Shown here: positions 1 to 12,669 of the stretch, piece by piece
How the letters are laid out: each line of letters opens with the position of its first letter
Numbering within the stretch: position 1 is the stretch's first letter
From: Octopus vulgaris
Lineage: Eukaryota
Assembly (NCBI GenBank): GCA_951406725.2
Contig: OX597817.1
Span: 150,288,001-150,352,000, forward strand
Reading direction: 5' to 3'
DNA length: 64,000 bases
Position numbers and translations under genes: made by a program
Notes under the pieces: model-generated
What the model saw: only the letters and a program-made list of their open reading frames with translations
Database searches by the model: none
Told to the model about the DNA's origin: nothing

Positions 1-43
1 AAGTGATGTTGTTAAAGTATATATTTTCATTTTATATTTATAT

Positions 44-590
44 GTGCTGCATTCAAGAGGAGATTCAGACAGGTTCCCCACAGGCAAGACACATAGGTAT
101 AAAATCTTCTGGGAAGGGAACAGTGATGGGGTAGGTGGTGTGGGCATACTTTTTGCAGAGAAATGGGTTGATAAGGACATAGAGGTAGTCAAGTTCAGGC
201 TAGTCTTGCAGAATAGTATAGCTGCAATAATCTCTGCCTACGCCCCACAAGTGGGTCTACCAAACGAACAGAAGGACCATTTGAGTGTTGGGCCTCACAG
301 AAGCAATAACCGAAACCTTTAGCATTATATCATGCTTGAGAAGAAGAGCCATCAAGCCAAGTAAAATCACAGTTGTGGCAGATACCAGTGTCACGCAAAT
401 GGCACCCATGCTGGTGGCACGTAAAAGCACTCATTACACTCTTGGAGTGGTTGGCATTAGGAAAGGCATACAGCTGTAGAAACCATGCAAATCAGACTGG
501 AGTCTGGGGGCAGCCTTCCAGCTTGCCAGCCCTGATCAAACCATCCAACCCATGCCAGCATGGACAACGGACATTAAATGATAATGATGA

Positions 591-592
<2 letters not shown>
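44..592 (+). mobile_element. Internally deleted RTE-clade LINE: AP-endonuclease fragment joined to the RTE 3' tail
   Basis: ORF 44-322 (YKIFWEGNSDGVGGVGILFAEKWVDK...IISAYAPQVGL) resembles an RTE APE domain. It is followed by the same 3' tail (ggagtggttggcattaggaa...catgccagcatgg...(tga)n) found at 5930-6108. Confidence 0.8.
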
Positions 593-645
<53 letters not shown>

Positions 646-1182
646 ATAGGCCTGTTTCAGTTTCCTTCTAAATCTACTCACAGTATTTTAGTTTGCCTAG
701 GACCACGCAAGCAGACACTTGCCCAAGGTGCCATACAATGGGACTGTACCTGAAACCATATTCTTGGGAAGCAAACTTCTTAACCACACAGCCATGCCCA
801 TGCCTGTAAACATATACTTGTGTGTGTGTGCATGCGCACATGCATGCACATACACACATATACAGAGATAAAAAATTTATGATAAATATAACAACAAAAA
901 TAAACTGAATGCTAAAGCGCTATTAACATTCAATATAAGATTAAGAAAGTGGAAGTGTCTTTGGCATTTTGAACTTAGGTATTTTTCAGAAAGTTAGATA
1001 AGATAGGAGAAAGAACTGTAGAGGAAGGAAAGAAAAATAATTGTTATGGAAAAATAAGTTTTGTTCTATGTTCAGTCATGTTGAAAATCATGGAGTCTGA
1101 ATGACCAGAAATGATGGAGAAGGAATGAAGTTTCATTTGTACAAGAGCAACAGGGAAGTAATTATGGGTAAATTATGCAAGT

Positions 1183-1405
1183 GTATGTATGTATGTATGT
1201 ATGTATGTATGTATGTATGTATGTATGTATGTATGTATGTATGCATGCATGTATGTATGCATTTATGTATGTATGTATGTATGTATGTATGTATGGATGG
1301 ATGGATGGATGGATGTATGTATGGATGGATGGATGTATAGATGTATGTATGTATGTATGTATGTGGGTAGGTAGGTAGGTAGGTAGGTAGGTAGGTTGGT
1401 AGGTA
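1183..1405. repeat. Compound (TATG)n/(GGAT)n/(GGTA)n microsatellite
   Basis: Read directly from sequence. Confidence 0.95.
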
Positions 1406-1751
1406 TGTAATTGTTCAGTATATTTCAAGATTTCTTGCCAATAGAGAAAGAACCAGTTTCTAACCTAGATCCAAGGTTCCTTCATTGGAATTTCAACATC
1501 AACAACACAGTATTTATATTTGTATGTATGTATGTATGTATGTATGTATGCATGTATGCATGTATGTATGCATGTATGTACAGATTTGTAAGTTTTATGT
1601 ATGTATTCTTATTCATATCGTTGCATATCTAGACATGCTCATATATATTTAAATGATAAACTTCTGGAAAGTTTTACAGATTTTTACAGTTCCAGTGATG
1701 AATTGGATCTGTAGTCTTCTAATTAGCTTTTTCTCTTTTACATATATACAA

Positions 1752-1908
1752 TGGGCTTCAGTTTCCGTCTACCAAATCCACTCACAAGGCTTTGGTCAGC
1801 CCGAGGCTATAGTAGAAGACACTTGCCCAAGGTGCCACACAGTGGAACTGAACCCGGAACCATGTGGTTGGTAAGCAAGCTACTTACCACACAGCCACTC
1901 CTGCACCT
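1752..1908 (-). mobile_element. tRNA-derived SINE family A, 5' half
   Basis: Reverse complement of the head seen at 14701, 17803 and 33005 (gtggctgtgtggtaagtagcttgc...gggttcagtcccac). Confidence 0.85.
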
Positions 1909-3174
1909 AAAACAGGTTGCATTATTCATTTTTGCCATTCCTTTATCTACTTCCAATACAATCCATCACTCTCATCTCTTCCACTACCTTCTCATCCCAA
2001 TCACTCTGTTTCTACCATCACACCCTTGCTCTCATTTCCCTACCCAACCTGATTCTCCTGTCATGGCTGTCTCTTTCATTCATCTCGTCAACTAAATAAT
2101 TGAATAAGTGAGCACTATATAGAGTTGTTATGAGTCTCTAATCTTCAAGGGATAAATGCACCGTACAATTTTGGGTGCCACTAGAAATCCACCCAAGCAA
2201 GACATTCTGTAAAGTCGCTGACAAGTGAATTTAGAGGAACTTTTCACTTCGCTGAGAACATAGTAACCTCTCTAATGCTGGTGCCATGAAAAAAATGCAC
2301 ACAATACATTTTGTAGAGTGTTTGATATCAGGAAAATCATCAATTCAGAGCCACCAAGTAACTCACAAGACAACGAATTATGAGAAGAGCAGGAGCATTT
2401 GAGGAGGTGAACTCATGTCAGAGGATTAAAGGTTAGAGGGTGACAAAGAGACAGAGAGGCAGTAACAGGTGGGGGAATTGGAAGAGGTGATCTAGTAACA
2501 GATGGTGAAAGGTTAGAGTGTGACAGAGAAATAGAGAGGCAGAAATAGGTGTCTTGCTATAGAGGATGTACATGGTTATCCACCGAGCGAGACAAAGAGA
2601 GAAAGAGAGAGAGAGTAACCAAGAATGAGGGTAGAAATAGGTTTGCTGCTGTAAAGGAGATATCTGGTTACCCAGCCAGAGGAAAGAGTGAGGAAAAGAG
2701 GGAGAGGGAGAGTAGGAAACAGCAAAAGTATAAGAGAGAGCAGGAGAGAGATGGTGAAGTGTCAGGGTATACTCATAAGTAACAAGGATCAGAGCATAGA
2801 TATGATGGCAGAGTAAAGAAAAGAGAGGTATGAAGGTCATAATATGCACAGTCAGGTGTTGTTAAGAAGGTGCAAGTAGGGAGCGGGGATTGCAGTGACT
2901 GACAAAAACCTGGGTAGAGGGCAAGAAAGAGGATTGGAAGACAATCATAGTTTATGAAGAGGAAATGTGAGGAAGAGAAAGATGCTTTTTAGAATGGATG
3001 TAGTTTGGTTTCTTGGGGTAGGGTGTGTGAAAAGTTTGTTGTTACATGGGGTGGGACACAACTCTTCTAGTTTTGCTGATGTGGGCAGGTCTTCTCTAGA
3101 ACCTCATATCACCAAACATCTCAGTTCATATATATATACGTGGCAAATGCTCAGGAGCAATAAACACTGGAAAT

Positions 3175-3801
3175 GTGCAGAGACCAACTTCTGCCACGTT
3201 CCAAGGAGACAAACTAGAAGTAGTTGATAGCTTCCGCTACCTAGGAGACCAAGTCAGTAGCGGCGGTGGGTGTGCTGAAAGTGTAACTGCTAGAGTAAGA
3301 ATAGCCTGGGCAAAGTTTAGAGAGCTCTTACCCCTGCTGGTGACAAAAGGCCTCTCGCTCAGAGTAAAAGGCAGACTGTATGATGCATGTGTACGTACAG
3401 CCATGCTACATGGTAGTGAAACATGGGCCGTGACTGCTGAGGATATGTGTAAGCTCGCAAGAAATGAAGCCAGTATGCTCCGATGGATGTGTAATGTCAG
3501 TGTTCATAATCGTCAGAGTGTAAGTTCCTTGAGAGAAAAGTTGAACCTAAGAAGCGTCAGTTGTGGTGTGCAAGAGAGACGGCTGCGCTGGTATGGTCAT
3601 GTGACGAGAAAGGCTGAAGATAGTTGTGTGCAAAAGTGCTACACCCTAGCAGTTGAGGGAATCTGTGGAAGAGGTAGACCCAGGAAAACCTGGGACGAGG
3701 TGGTGAAGCACGACCTTCGAACTTTAGGTCTCACTAAGGAAATGTCTAGAGACCGAGACCTATGGAAGTATGCTGTGTGTGAGAAGACCCGGCAAGACTA
3801 G
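3175..3801 (+). pseudogene. RTE reverse transcriptase C-terminal fragment (open 208 aa)
   Basis: Motifs as above; the RT core lies outside the 5'-truncated copy. Confidence 0.88.
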
Positions 3802-5935
3802 TCAGGCCATAACCCGTGGCCCCTACCTGGGACGTAGTCAGTCCTCCTGTGCATACCTTCCTTCTTGTGACACTTATGAAGACCTGTTGAGGCAAGTGAA
3901 AATCAAATCAAAACAAATCAAAATAGATGAACATCAGTGGAATTGTATTCTTTGTGGTACCAGTGCCGGTGGCACACAAGAAAACCACCCAAACGTGGCC
4001 GTAGCCAGTACCGCATCGACTGGCCTCCGTGCTGTGGGCACAACAAACACCATCCGATCGTGGCCGTTCGCCAGCCTCATCTGGCACCTGTGTCAGTGGC
4101 ACATAAAGACACCATCCGAAGACCCGGCGACGTAGTCAGTCCACCTGTGCATACCTTCCCTCTTATGACACTTGTGAAGACCTGTTGAGGCAAGTGTGTG
4201 ACACTTGTGAAGACCTGTTGAGGCAGAGGCAAGTGTGTGACACTTGTGGAGACCTGTTGAGGCAAGTGTGTGACCCTTGTGAAGACCTGTTGAGGCAAGT
4301 GAAAATCAAATCAAAATCAAATCAAACCAAATCAAAATAGATGAACATCAATGGAATTTGTATCTTTGTGGTTCCAGTACCGGTGGCACACAAGAAAACC
4401 ATCCGAACGTGGCCGTAGCCAGTACCGCATCGACTGGCCTCTGTGCTGTGGGCACAACAAACACCATCTGATCGTGGCCGTTCGCCAGCCTCATCTGGCA
4501 CCTGTGTCGGTGGCACATAAAAACACCATCCGAAGACCCGGTGACGTAGTCAGTCCACCTGTGCATACCTTCCCTCTTATGACACTTGTGAAGACCTGTT
4601 GAGGCAAGTGTGTGACACTTGTGAAGACCTGTTGAGGCAGAGGCAAGTGTGTGACACTTTGTGAAGACCTGTTGAGGCAGAGGCAAGTGTGTGACACTTG
4701 TGGAGACCTGTTGAGGCAAGTGTGTGACACGTGTGACACTTGTGAAGACCTGTTGAGGCAAGTGAAAATCAAACCAAATCAAAATAGATGAACATCAATG
4801 GAATTTGTATCTTTGTGGTTCCAGTACCGGTGGCACACAAGAAAACCATCCGATCGTGGCCGTTCGCCAGCCTCATCTGGCACCTGTGTCGGTGGCACAT
4901 AAAAACACCATCCGAAGACCCGGCGACGTAGTCAGTCCACCTGTGCATACCTTCCTACTTATGACACTTGTGAAGACCTGTTGAGGCAAGTGTGTGACAC
5001 TTGTGTAGACCTGTTGAGGCAAGTGAAAATCAAAATCAAATCAAATCAAATCAAACCAAATCAAAATAGATGAACATCAATGGAATTTGTATCTTTGTGG
5101 TACCAGTACCGGTGGCACACAAGAAAACCATCCGAACGTGGCCGTAGCTAGTACCGCATCGACTGGCCTCTGTGATATGGGCACATAACAAACACCATCC
5201 GATCGTGGCCGTCCGCCAGCCTCATCTGGCACCTGTGTCAGTGGCACATAAAAACACCAACCGAAGACCCGGCAAGACTAGTCAGGCCATAACCCATGGC
5301 CCCTACTTGGGACGTAGTCAGTCCACCTGTGCATACCTTCCTTCCTTCTTGTGACACTTGTGAAGACCTGTGAAGACCTGTTGAGGCAAGTGAAAATCAA
5401 ATCAAATCAAATCAAAATAGATGAACATCAATGGAATTTGTATCTTGTGGTACCAGTGCCGGTGGCAACACCATCCGAAGACCCGGCAAGACTAGTCAGG
5501 CCATAACCCGTGGCCCCTACCTGGGACGTAGTCAGTCCACCTGTGCATACCTTCCTTCTTGTGACACTTGTGAAGACCTGTTGAGGCAAGTGAAAATCAA
5601 ATCAAATCAAAACAAATCAAAATAGATGAACATCAATGGAATTTGTATCTTTGTGGTACCAGTGCCGGTGGCACACAAGAAAATCATCCGAACGTGGCCG
5701 TAGCCAGTACCGCATAGACTGGCCTCCGTGCTTTGGGGACGTAACAAACACCATCCGATCGTGGCCGTCCGCCAGCCTCATCTGGCACCTGTGTCGGTGG
5801 CACATAAAAACACCATCCGAGCGTGGCCGTCTGCCAGCCTCGTCTGGCACCTGTGTCGGTGGCACATAAAAACACCATCCGAGCGTGGCCGTTCGCCAGC
5901 CTCGTCTGGCACCTGTGTCGGTGGCACATAAAATC
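3783..5935 (+). repeat. Hierarchical tandem array in the LINE 3' UTR
   Basis: Anchor gaagacccgg at 3783, 4118, 4532, 4914, 5263 and 5477, with internal ~30-bp, (aaatc)n and ~61-bp sub-repeats. Confidence 0.92.
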
Positions 5936-6115
5936 ACCCACTACACTCTCGGAGTGGTTGGCGTTAGGAAGGGCATCCAGCTGTAGAAACTCTGCCAGAT
6001 CTGACTGGCCTGGTGCAGCCTTCGGGCTCCCCAGACCCCAGTTGAACCGTCCAACCCATGCTAGCATGGAAAACGGACGCTAAATGATGATGATGATGAT
6101 GATGATGATATATAC

Positions 6116-6148
<33 letters not shown>

Positions 6149-6227
6149 CACATGTATATACATACATGCTTACTTGGAACTGGATGCATGGCAGTCAGTC
6201 AAATAATAATATAAATGATATATATAT

Positions 6228-6557
6228 ATGGCTCAGTGGTTAGAGCGTCGAGCTTACGATCGTGAGGTTGTGAGCTCGAATCCCGGACCGGGCTGCGTGT
6301 TGTGTTCTCGAGCAAGGCACTTTATTTCACGTTGCTCCAGTTCACTCAGCTGTAGAAATGAGTTGCGACGTCACAGGTGCCAAGCTGTATCGACCTTTGT
6401 CTTTCCCTTGGATAACACTGGTGGCGTGGAGAGGGGAGGCTGGTTTGCATGGGCGACTGCTGGCCTTCCATAAACAACCTTGCCCGGACTTGTGCCTGGG
6501 AGGGTAACTTTCTAGGTGCAATCCCATGGTCATTCATGACCGAAGGGGGTCTTTACC

Positions 6558-6561
<4 letters not shown>
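6228..6561 (+). mobile_element. tRNA-derived SINE family C (CORE-like central domain)
   Basis: A box tggctcagtgg and B-box-like gctcgaatcc; near-identical inverted copy at 54293-54632. Confidence 0.88.
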
Positions 6562-6594
<33 letters not shown>

Positions 6595-6620
6595 GTATAT
6601 ATATATATATATACACACAC

Positions 6621-6852
6621 ACATGAAATACGAAAATAAATGAGTCCAATATGGAAACGAGAGAAACAAATAGAAAACAGGACAAGTAACATAAAGAACG
6701 ACCCTTCATCAGTTGTCATTCAATGCTCGATATGATGTGTAGATAGACAGCCGACAGCTGATGAAGGGCCATTCTTTATGTTACTTGTCCTGTTTTCTAT
6801 TTGTTTCTATTGTTGTTTTCATGTTCACCTCATTTGTTTTCATATTTCATGT
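6621..6852. repeat. Imperfect palindrome with ctgatga in both arms
   Basis: agaaacaaatagaaaacaggacaagtaacataaagaa...cccttcatcag versus ctgatgaaggg...ttctttatgttacttgtcctgttttctatttgtttct. Confidence 0.85.
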
Positions 6853-6905
6853 TGTTTACAGTTGGTGACGTCCTGTACCCATATATGCATATGTGTGTTT
6901 GTATG

Positions 6906-6943
<38 letters not shown>

Positions 6944-6954
6944 TAAAGCTTCAA

Positions 6955-7110
6955 CGTTGGCGTTAGGAAGGGGTTGGCATTAGGAAGGGCATCCGGCCGT
7001 AGAAACATTGCCAGATCAGACTGGGCCTGGTGCAGCCTTCTGGCTTCCCAGACCCCAGTTGAACCGTCCAACCCATGCTAGCATGGAAAGCGGACGCTAA
7101 ACGAAGATGA

Positions 7111-7115
<5 letters not shown>
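6955..7115 (+). mobile_element. RTE 3'-tail fragment (similar pieces near 16270-16500, 17380-17560(-), 26057-26330, 55620-55828, 57411-57747(-), 60030-60210, 60360-60560(-))
   Basis: ttggcattaggaagggcatcc...aacccatgctagcatggaaagcggacgctaaacgaagatgatga matches the LINE tail at 5957-6108. Confidence 0.85.
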
Positions 7116-7153
<38 letters not shown>

Positions 7154-7670
7154 TATATGTTTGTGTGTATATGTACATATGTAAGTGTGTGTGCATGCAC
7201 ATGCACACACACACACATACACACACACAGATGCAGACAAGATGGCTGAGCAATCAAAAAGTTTGCTTTACAGTTATGTAGTGTCAGATTTAGTTACTCT
7301 GTGCAACACCTTGGGCATGGGTCTTCCATAATAGCCCTGGGTTGACCAAAAGCTTGTGACTGAATTTGGTAATGGAAACTGAAAAGAAGCTTGTGTATAT
7401 GTGTGGATGTGTGTCCCTTTGTTTTGACATTGCATGCTAATTGTAAACAAATTTCATTCTTGGTGACAGTTATTTGCAATCTTCTGTGAAAACATGTCCC
7501 AACTAAAAAAAAAAAACAATATTATCTTGCTTGAAGACAGGTAAGGATTGGTAACAGGAAAAGCATCCAGCTGCAGAAATTTTGCCCCAACAAATCTTGC
7601 CTGACATTTAAATACATGGAGAAATAGATTTTAAATTGATGATGATGATGATATGTGTGTGTGTGTGTGT

Positions 7671-7758
<88 letters not shown>

Positions 7759-8051
7759 AGATAATATGGATGGGGTGAAGTGTTTATGATTGTCACTTAT
7801 GACTTAACAACCTGTGTAGGTTTCTTTAAACCCTGATAACTTAGCAGTTCAGCAAAAAACAGACAGAATAAGTACTAGACATGAAATCAACAAAATCTTT
7901 CAAGGTGGTGCCCCAGCATGGCCATAATCCAATAACTAAAACAAAACAATGGAAAGATAAAATAATATTTCTCTTTAGATAGCTTAAAGCTTCAAATAAA
8001 TAATAAAATAAAGATATTTATAAATACTCTATATTTTTGTTATGTTACATT

Positions 8052-8125
8052 CTTCTGATGTGGTCTCATGGTTAGAATTCCCAATTTTCTCTTGGCTCAT
8101 TATAGTTGAATTCCTGACAAAGAAA
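8052..8125 (+). pseudogene. Degenerate tRNA-Glu-like sequence
   Basis: gtggtctcatggttagaattc...gttgaattcctg resembles tRNA A and B boxes; the stems are broken. Confidence 0.3.
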
Positions 8126-8189
8126 CATTAATATTTTCACATGTCAGTGCCCCAAATAGTTGGAACCAATAAAACTGTTTATTTGTAAA

Positions 8190-9851
8190 TCTCTTATTAT
8201 AAAAGGCAGATTTTATCTGCCTCCCTTTGTCACTTATAGAAATCTACAATATAGGATTTCTTCAATTACAATTTACCTAGCATTTTTAAGAGTAGAATGC
8301 ATCGGGTCATGCCAGGTCCAGTTTTTAAAATTTAAACTCCAATTAAGCAAAATTTACAGAAAACTCACATTCTGGTGTGTATGTCAAATGCTTTTCTTAA
8401 TGTGGTTTACACCACACGCACACGCACACACACAGTGTGCAACGAATAAAATGAAAGTAAATAGCGACAGAGTGATTTGAGGAAGACTAAACTGAAAGTA
8501 TTTAAACCACTACTCAAAAAATAAAAAAACACAGCAAACAGAAACAAATAAATACATAACGATTTACTCCTCACACAATTTCTTCAATTAGAGTTTACCT
8601 AAGATTTTTCAAAGTACTCCATTCGGTCATGCCATAATATATTTCTTTCAATTTCACCCCCAATTAAGACAAAATTCGAGAAAACTCAATATTTTAACAT
8701 TTCACTCCGAAAGCATTGATGTACATGTGTGCGTGCGTGAGTGTGTGTGTGTGTGTGTGTTTGATGGGTTGTGCGACACAGAAAGTGTGGTGTGTAAGTG
8801 AAGTGCTTTTGTTAGTGTGTGTAAAGAGACAGACAGAGTGAAAGACAGAAATAACTGAACTTTTTTATTCACTTTTTGTAGTGAGTGACTGAGAGAGAAA
8901 AGAGAGAGAGAGGTTATGTATGTATATATGTATGTATGGCTTCAGTGACACACACACACAAAAACACATACCTACGTACACCTAAAGCACGCACACACAC
9001 ACACACACAAGCGGAGCGCGAACTTCAAAATTTTGGTAGTATTAATTTGCGAGCGTACTTCTAAGCACGCGTAATTGAAAGTTTTCACTATGATATCATC
9101 ACGTGCGAAAAAATTCGAAGGGTTTTGAACAATTGAGATACAGATGTCACGCCTGTATTGAAACCATTGCTAAGCTGCCGTAATTGCTTAATTAAGACTT
9201 TGTTTAAATTGAAAGGGGCAAATATGTGACGAGGTTGAAAAAAAATACCCCAGAAAAAAAAATGTACTGCTGGTATTTATATAATTCACTACTATTTTGC
9301 TACAATGTCATGAAAAAGAAAAAATTTAGGTATGTAAATCGAATTCGCCACCCCCTTTTCCCCGTTCGCGTTTGTGTAAAAAAAATTATTATTTAAGTTT
9401 TAAAAATTATTTACTTTGTTCAAAAAATATTAATATTAATTAATTTTCAAGAATTATTTCATTTTATTCTGTAAAATAGTAATTAATTCATTTATCTGTA
9501 AATCCGCGAGGTTGTTACTCAGGCACCTAGAATGGTAACCTTCAACTAACACTATCTCCTCCGAGACCCTGCGGCGCAAGTTGACCAAAATTGAGAGTAT
9601 GGTAGAAGAAGGGTTGCTCTTCCTTCCATAGAACATAAAATTCAAATCGGACCATGTTAACACCAAAAATTATTTACATCAAAAAGATGCTTTTTTCTAT
9701 GAAAATCCCTATTTTTTACGATTTTTTCACTGCTGTGTCGCCACTTTTCGGTGTATTTTGACCAGAAAAATGTTCACAAAATTTTTACTTTTCAAAATTA
9801 CAATTCCAGCGGGTCGAAACAAAACCGAGCAACGCCGGGCAATACTGCTAG
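8190..9851 (+). mobile_element. Non-autonomous Helitron
   Basis: A|TC 5' end, 3' hairpin ccgagcaacgccggg then ...CTAG|T. The first ~260 bp are repeated almost exactly at 11425. Confidence 0.85.
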
Positions 9852-9989
9852 TATATGTATAAATGTAATATATATATTAAATATATATATACATATATAT
9901 TTAATTGGTTTCAGCTCAAAGCTGTGGTCATGCTGGGACATCACTGTTTTGCTACACTATTATTATTGAGAGCCTCCTCTGATATGTGG

Positions 9990-10445
9990 CATTTGGTCAA
10001 TAAGGGAGTTTGATGTTGCAGTCCTCATTTGCATCTGTTGCCACAAAGTAGGTTCATCTGGGACTCTCGACAGGAAGAAATCCAGTTTTGCTTTGAAAAC
10101 ACCTACATCCACTTTATGTAGGTCTCTCAGGCTCTTTGGGAGAATATTAAAAAGCTGTGGGCCCTTGAAACCAAGGCTGTTTTAGTAACTGGTCCTGAAG
10201 TGTGACGTCATTGTTGGATCTTTGGCACTGTGCAGCTGCAATCCATTCTGGCATTTGTGTAGCTTTCAATGCCAAAATTCAGCACAATCCCTTCTAGGAT
10301 CTTCCAGATGTATATTACTGCATATCTCTCCCACTTTTGCTCCAGGGAGTAGAGTCTTAACTGTTTTAACCTTTACCAGTAGCTGAGCTCTTGCAATGAG
10401 ATGATCTTCTTTGTGAAACTTCGCTGGATTACTTCAAGGTCCACT
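9990..10445 (-). mobile_element. CR1-group LINE RT C-terminal relic
   Basis: Minus-strand translation LEVIQRSFTKKI..LSYW*RLKQLRLYSLE...YIWKILEG...KAKLDFFLSRVPDEP, with stops. Confidence 0.8.
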
Positions 10446-10446
10446 A

Positions 10447-10826
10447 TGCACAAGTGTGACTGTGTGGTAAGCAGTTTGTTTTCTAACCACATGGCTCTAG
10501 GTTCAGTCCCACTCTGTGGAACCTTGGGCAAATGTCTTCTACTATAGCCTTGGGCCAACAAAACCCTTGTGAGTTGATTTGGCAGATGGAAACCAAAAGA
10601 AGCCTGTGTGTATGTCTTTGGTTTTGCGTTTGTCCCCTATTACCACTTGTCAGCCGGTAATGGTGTGTTTATGTCCCTGTAATTAAGTAGTTCTGCAAAA
10701 GAGACAGAGAGAATAAATAACAGACTTTAAAAAAAATACTAGGGTTTGATTCATTTGACTGAAATCCTTTGTCAAAGTGGTGCCCCAGCATGGCCACAGT
10801 CTAATGACTGAAACAAGTTAAAAAGA
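10447..10826 (+). mobile_element. SINE family A, diverged and CpG-depleted
   Basis: Similar to the copies at 14701 and 33005. Confidence 0.8.
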
Positions 10827-10875
<49 letters not shown>

Positions 10876-10934
10876 TAGGTAGATACATACATACATACAT
10901 GCATACATATATATATATATATATAAATACTCTT

Positions 10935-11400
<466 letters not shown>

Positions 11401-11424
11401 CACACACGCACACACACACACACA

Positions 11425-12669
11425 TCTCTTATTATAAAAGGCAGATTTTATCTGCCTCCCTTTGTCACTTATAGAAATCTACAATATAGGATTTCTTCAA
11501 TTACAATTTACCTAGCATTTTTAAGAGTAGAATGCATCGGGTCATGCCAGGTCCAGTTTTTAAAATTTAAACTCCAATTAAGCAAAATTTACAGAAAACT
11601 CACATTCTGGTGTGCATGTCAAATGCTTTTCTTAGTCTGGTTTACAGCACACGCAAACGCACACACACAGTGTGCAACGAATAAAGTGAAACTAATTCAC
11701 TGGGTGTGTGTTGACAGGTAGACAATAGAATGCGATGGCGATGGCGATGGCGATGTAATATTTGTTTCTGTCTATCACGCTGATAGATACATGAGTAAAA
11801 TGTATGGCAAGCTAAGAGATAAGAGTGAGTGAAAATGTTCTTGGAAGAGAGTAAATAGCGACAGAGTGATTTGAGGAAGACTAAACTGAAAGTATGAAAC
11901 AGTGTTTATGTATAAACAGACGACACTTATATATAGTTATGTATGCATCCGTTTAACCCTTTCGTTACCAAACCACCCGAATTTACCTATTCATATTTAA
12001 ATGAGAATATCAGAGTAAATCTCTTTAGTACATTCGTGAAAATCCGTATTATACTTCGTAAACACTTCAAATACAGTTTTGTACAAAAATCGAAGTGTAA
12101 TTTTAATTCCGTGAATTATGGGAGATTTTTTTTTCTGAAATTTGTTCCTATTGTGTTTTCAAAATTTGTAATTCTGACAAAAAATGGATACGAATTTCAT
12201 TATATCAAGCAGCGAGTCAGAATTCGAAGGATTTTCTACTGAAGACCTTCATAAATCTAACTCTATGACTGAAAAAAAAAAGCATCTTTATATAAGAGTG
12301 AAGTTGTGTGTCTGTCTCCTACGATTTAGATTCCTAACTACTCCCACATTTTGCGGTGCAGTTTAACCAAAAGCGGGTATCTTATAGTCGTGATTCATAT
12401 CGAGCCCTTCTGGGTATTAGCGCGCGTCTACGATGAGTCTACGATTTTAAAAAAATTTACCATCATATTTTTCCATTTTAATGCATTTTTTTCGCTTTTA
12501 TATAAGGGAAGTAACTCTCTAAAAATATCTACGATGTGTCAACGATTTAAAAAAAAATTTACCTTAATTTTTTTTCAATTTTTAATGCATTTTTTGGCTA
12601 TAACTCTCTAAAAATGCTTATATAGTTATTTCCCTTACAAACCCGAGCAACGCCGGGTGATACTGCTAG
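11425..12669 (+). mobile_element. Composite Helitron (family-1 5' end, piggyBac-like piece, second Helitron 12285-12669)
   Basis: A|TC at 11425 matches the 8190 copy; TTAA|CCC at 11953; a new A|TC start at 12285; hairpin plus CTAG|T at 12669. Confidence 0.8.

Larger units (their letters stand above)
3138..6108 (+). mobile_element. 5'-truncated RTE-clade LINE (RT C-terminus plus tandemly expanded 3' UTR, (TGA)n tail)
   Basis: ORF 3175-3801 has LEVVDSFRYLGD, RIAWAKFREL, LYDACVRTAMLHGSETW, RRLRWYGHV and RGRPRKTW, typical of the RTE RT C-terminal region. It ends in a (tga)n tail. Confidence 0.92.

Noticed and set aside
1445-1495. HHR-like layout on the minus strand (CCAAUGA...stem...GAAACUGGUU)
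   Set aside because: The core differs from CUGAnGA at two essential positions and stem I is poor; at most a remote relic.
1101-1632. ORFs of MYVC/HTYI repeats (also near 11.0, 15.6, 21.7, 35.9 and 49.6 kb)
   Set aside because: They are translations of stop-free microsatellites.
3770-6083. Many overlapping 60-140 aa ORFs and a CRISPR-like look
   Set aside because: These come from the tandem LINE 3' UTR array. There are no unique spacers or cas genes, and the context is eukaryotic.
6228-6300. tRNA genes at SINE heads (also 18790-18863, 28719-28790, 49875-49945, 61947-62020)
   Set aside because: The cloverleaves are imperfect and run straight into SINE bodies.
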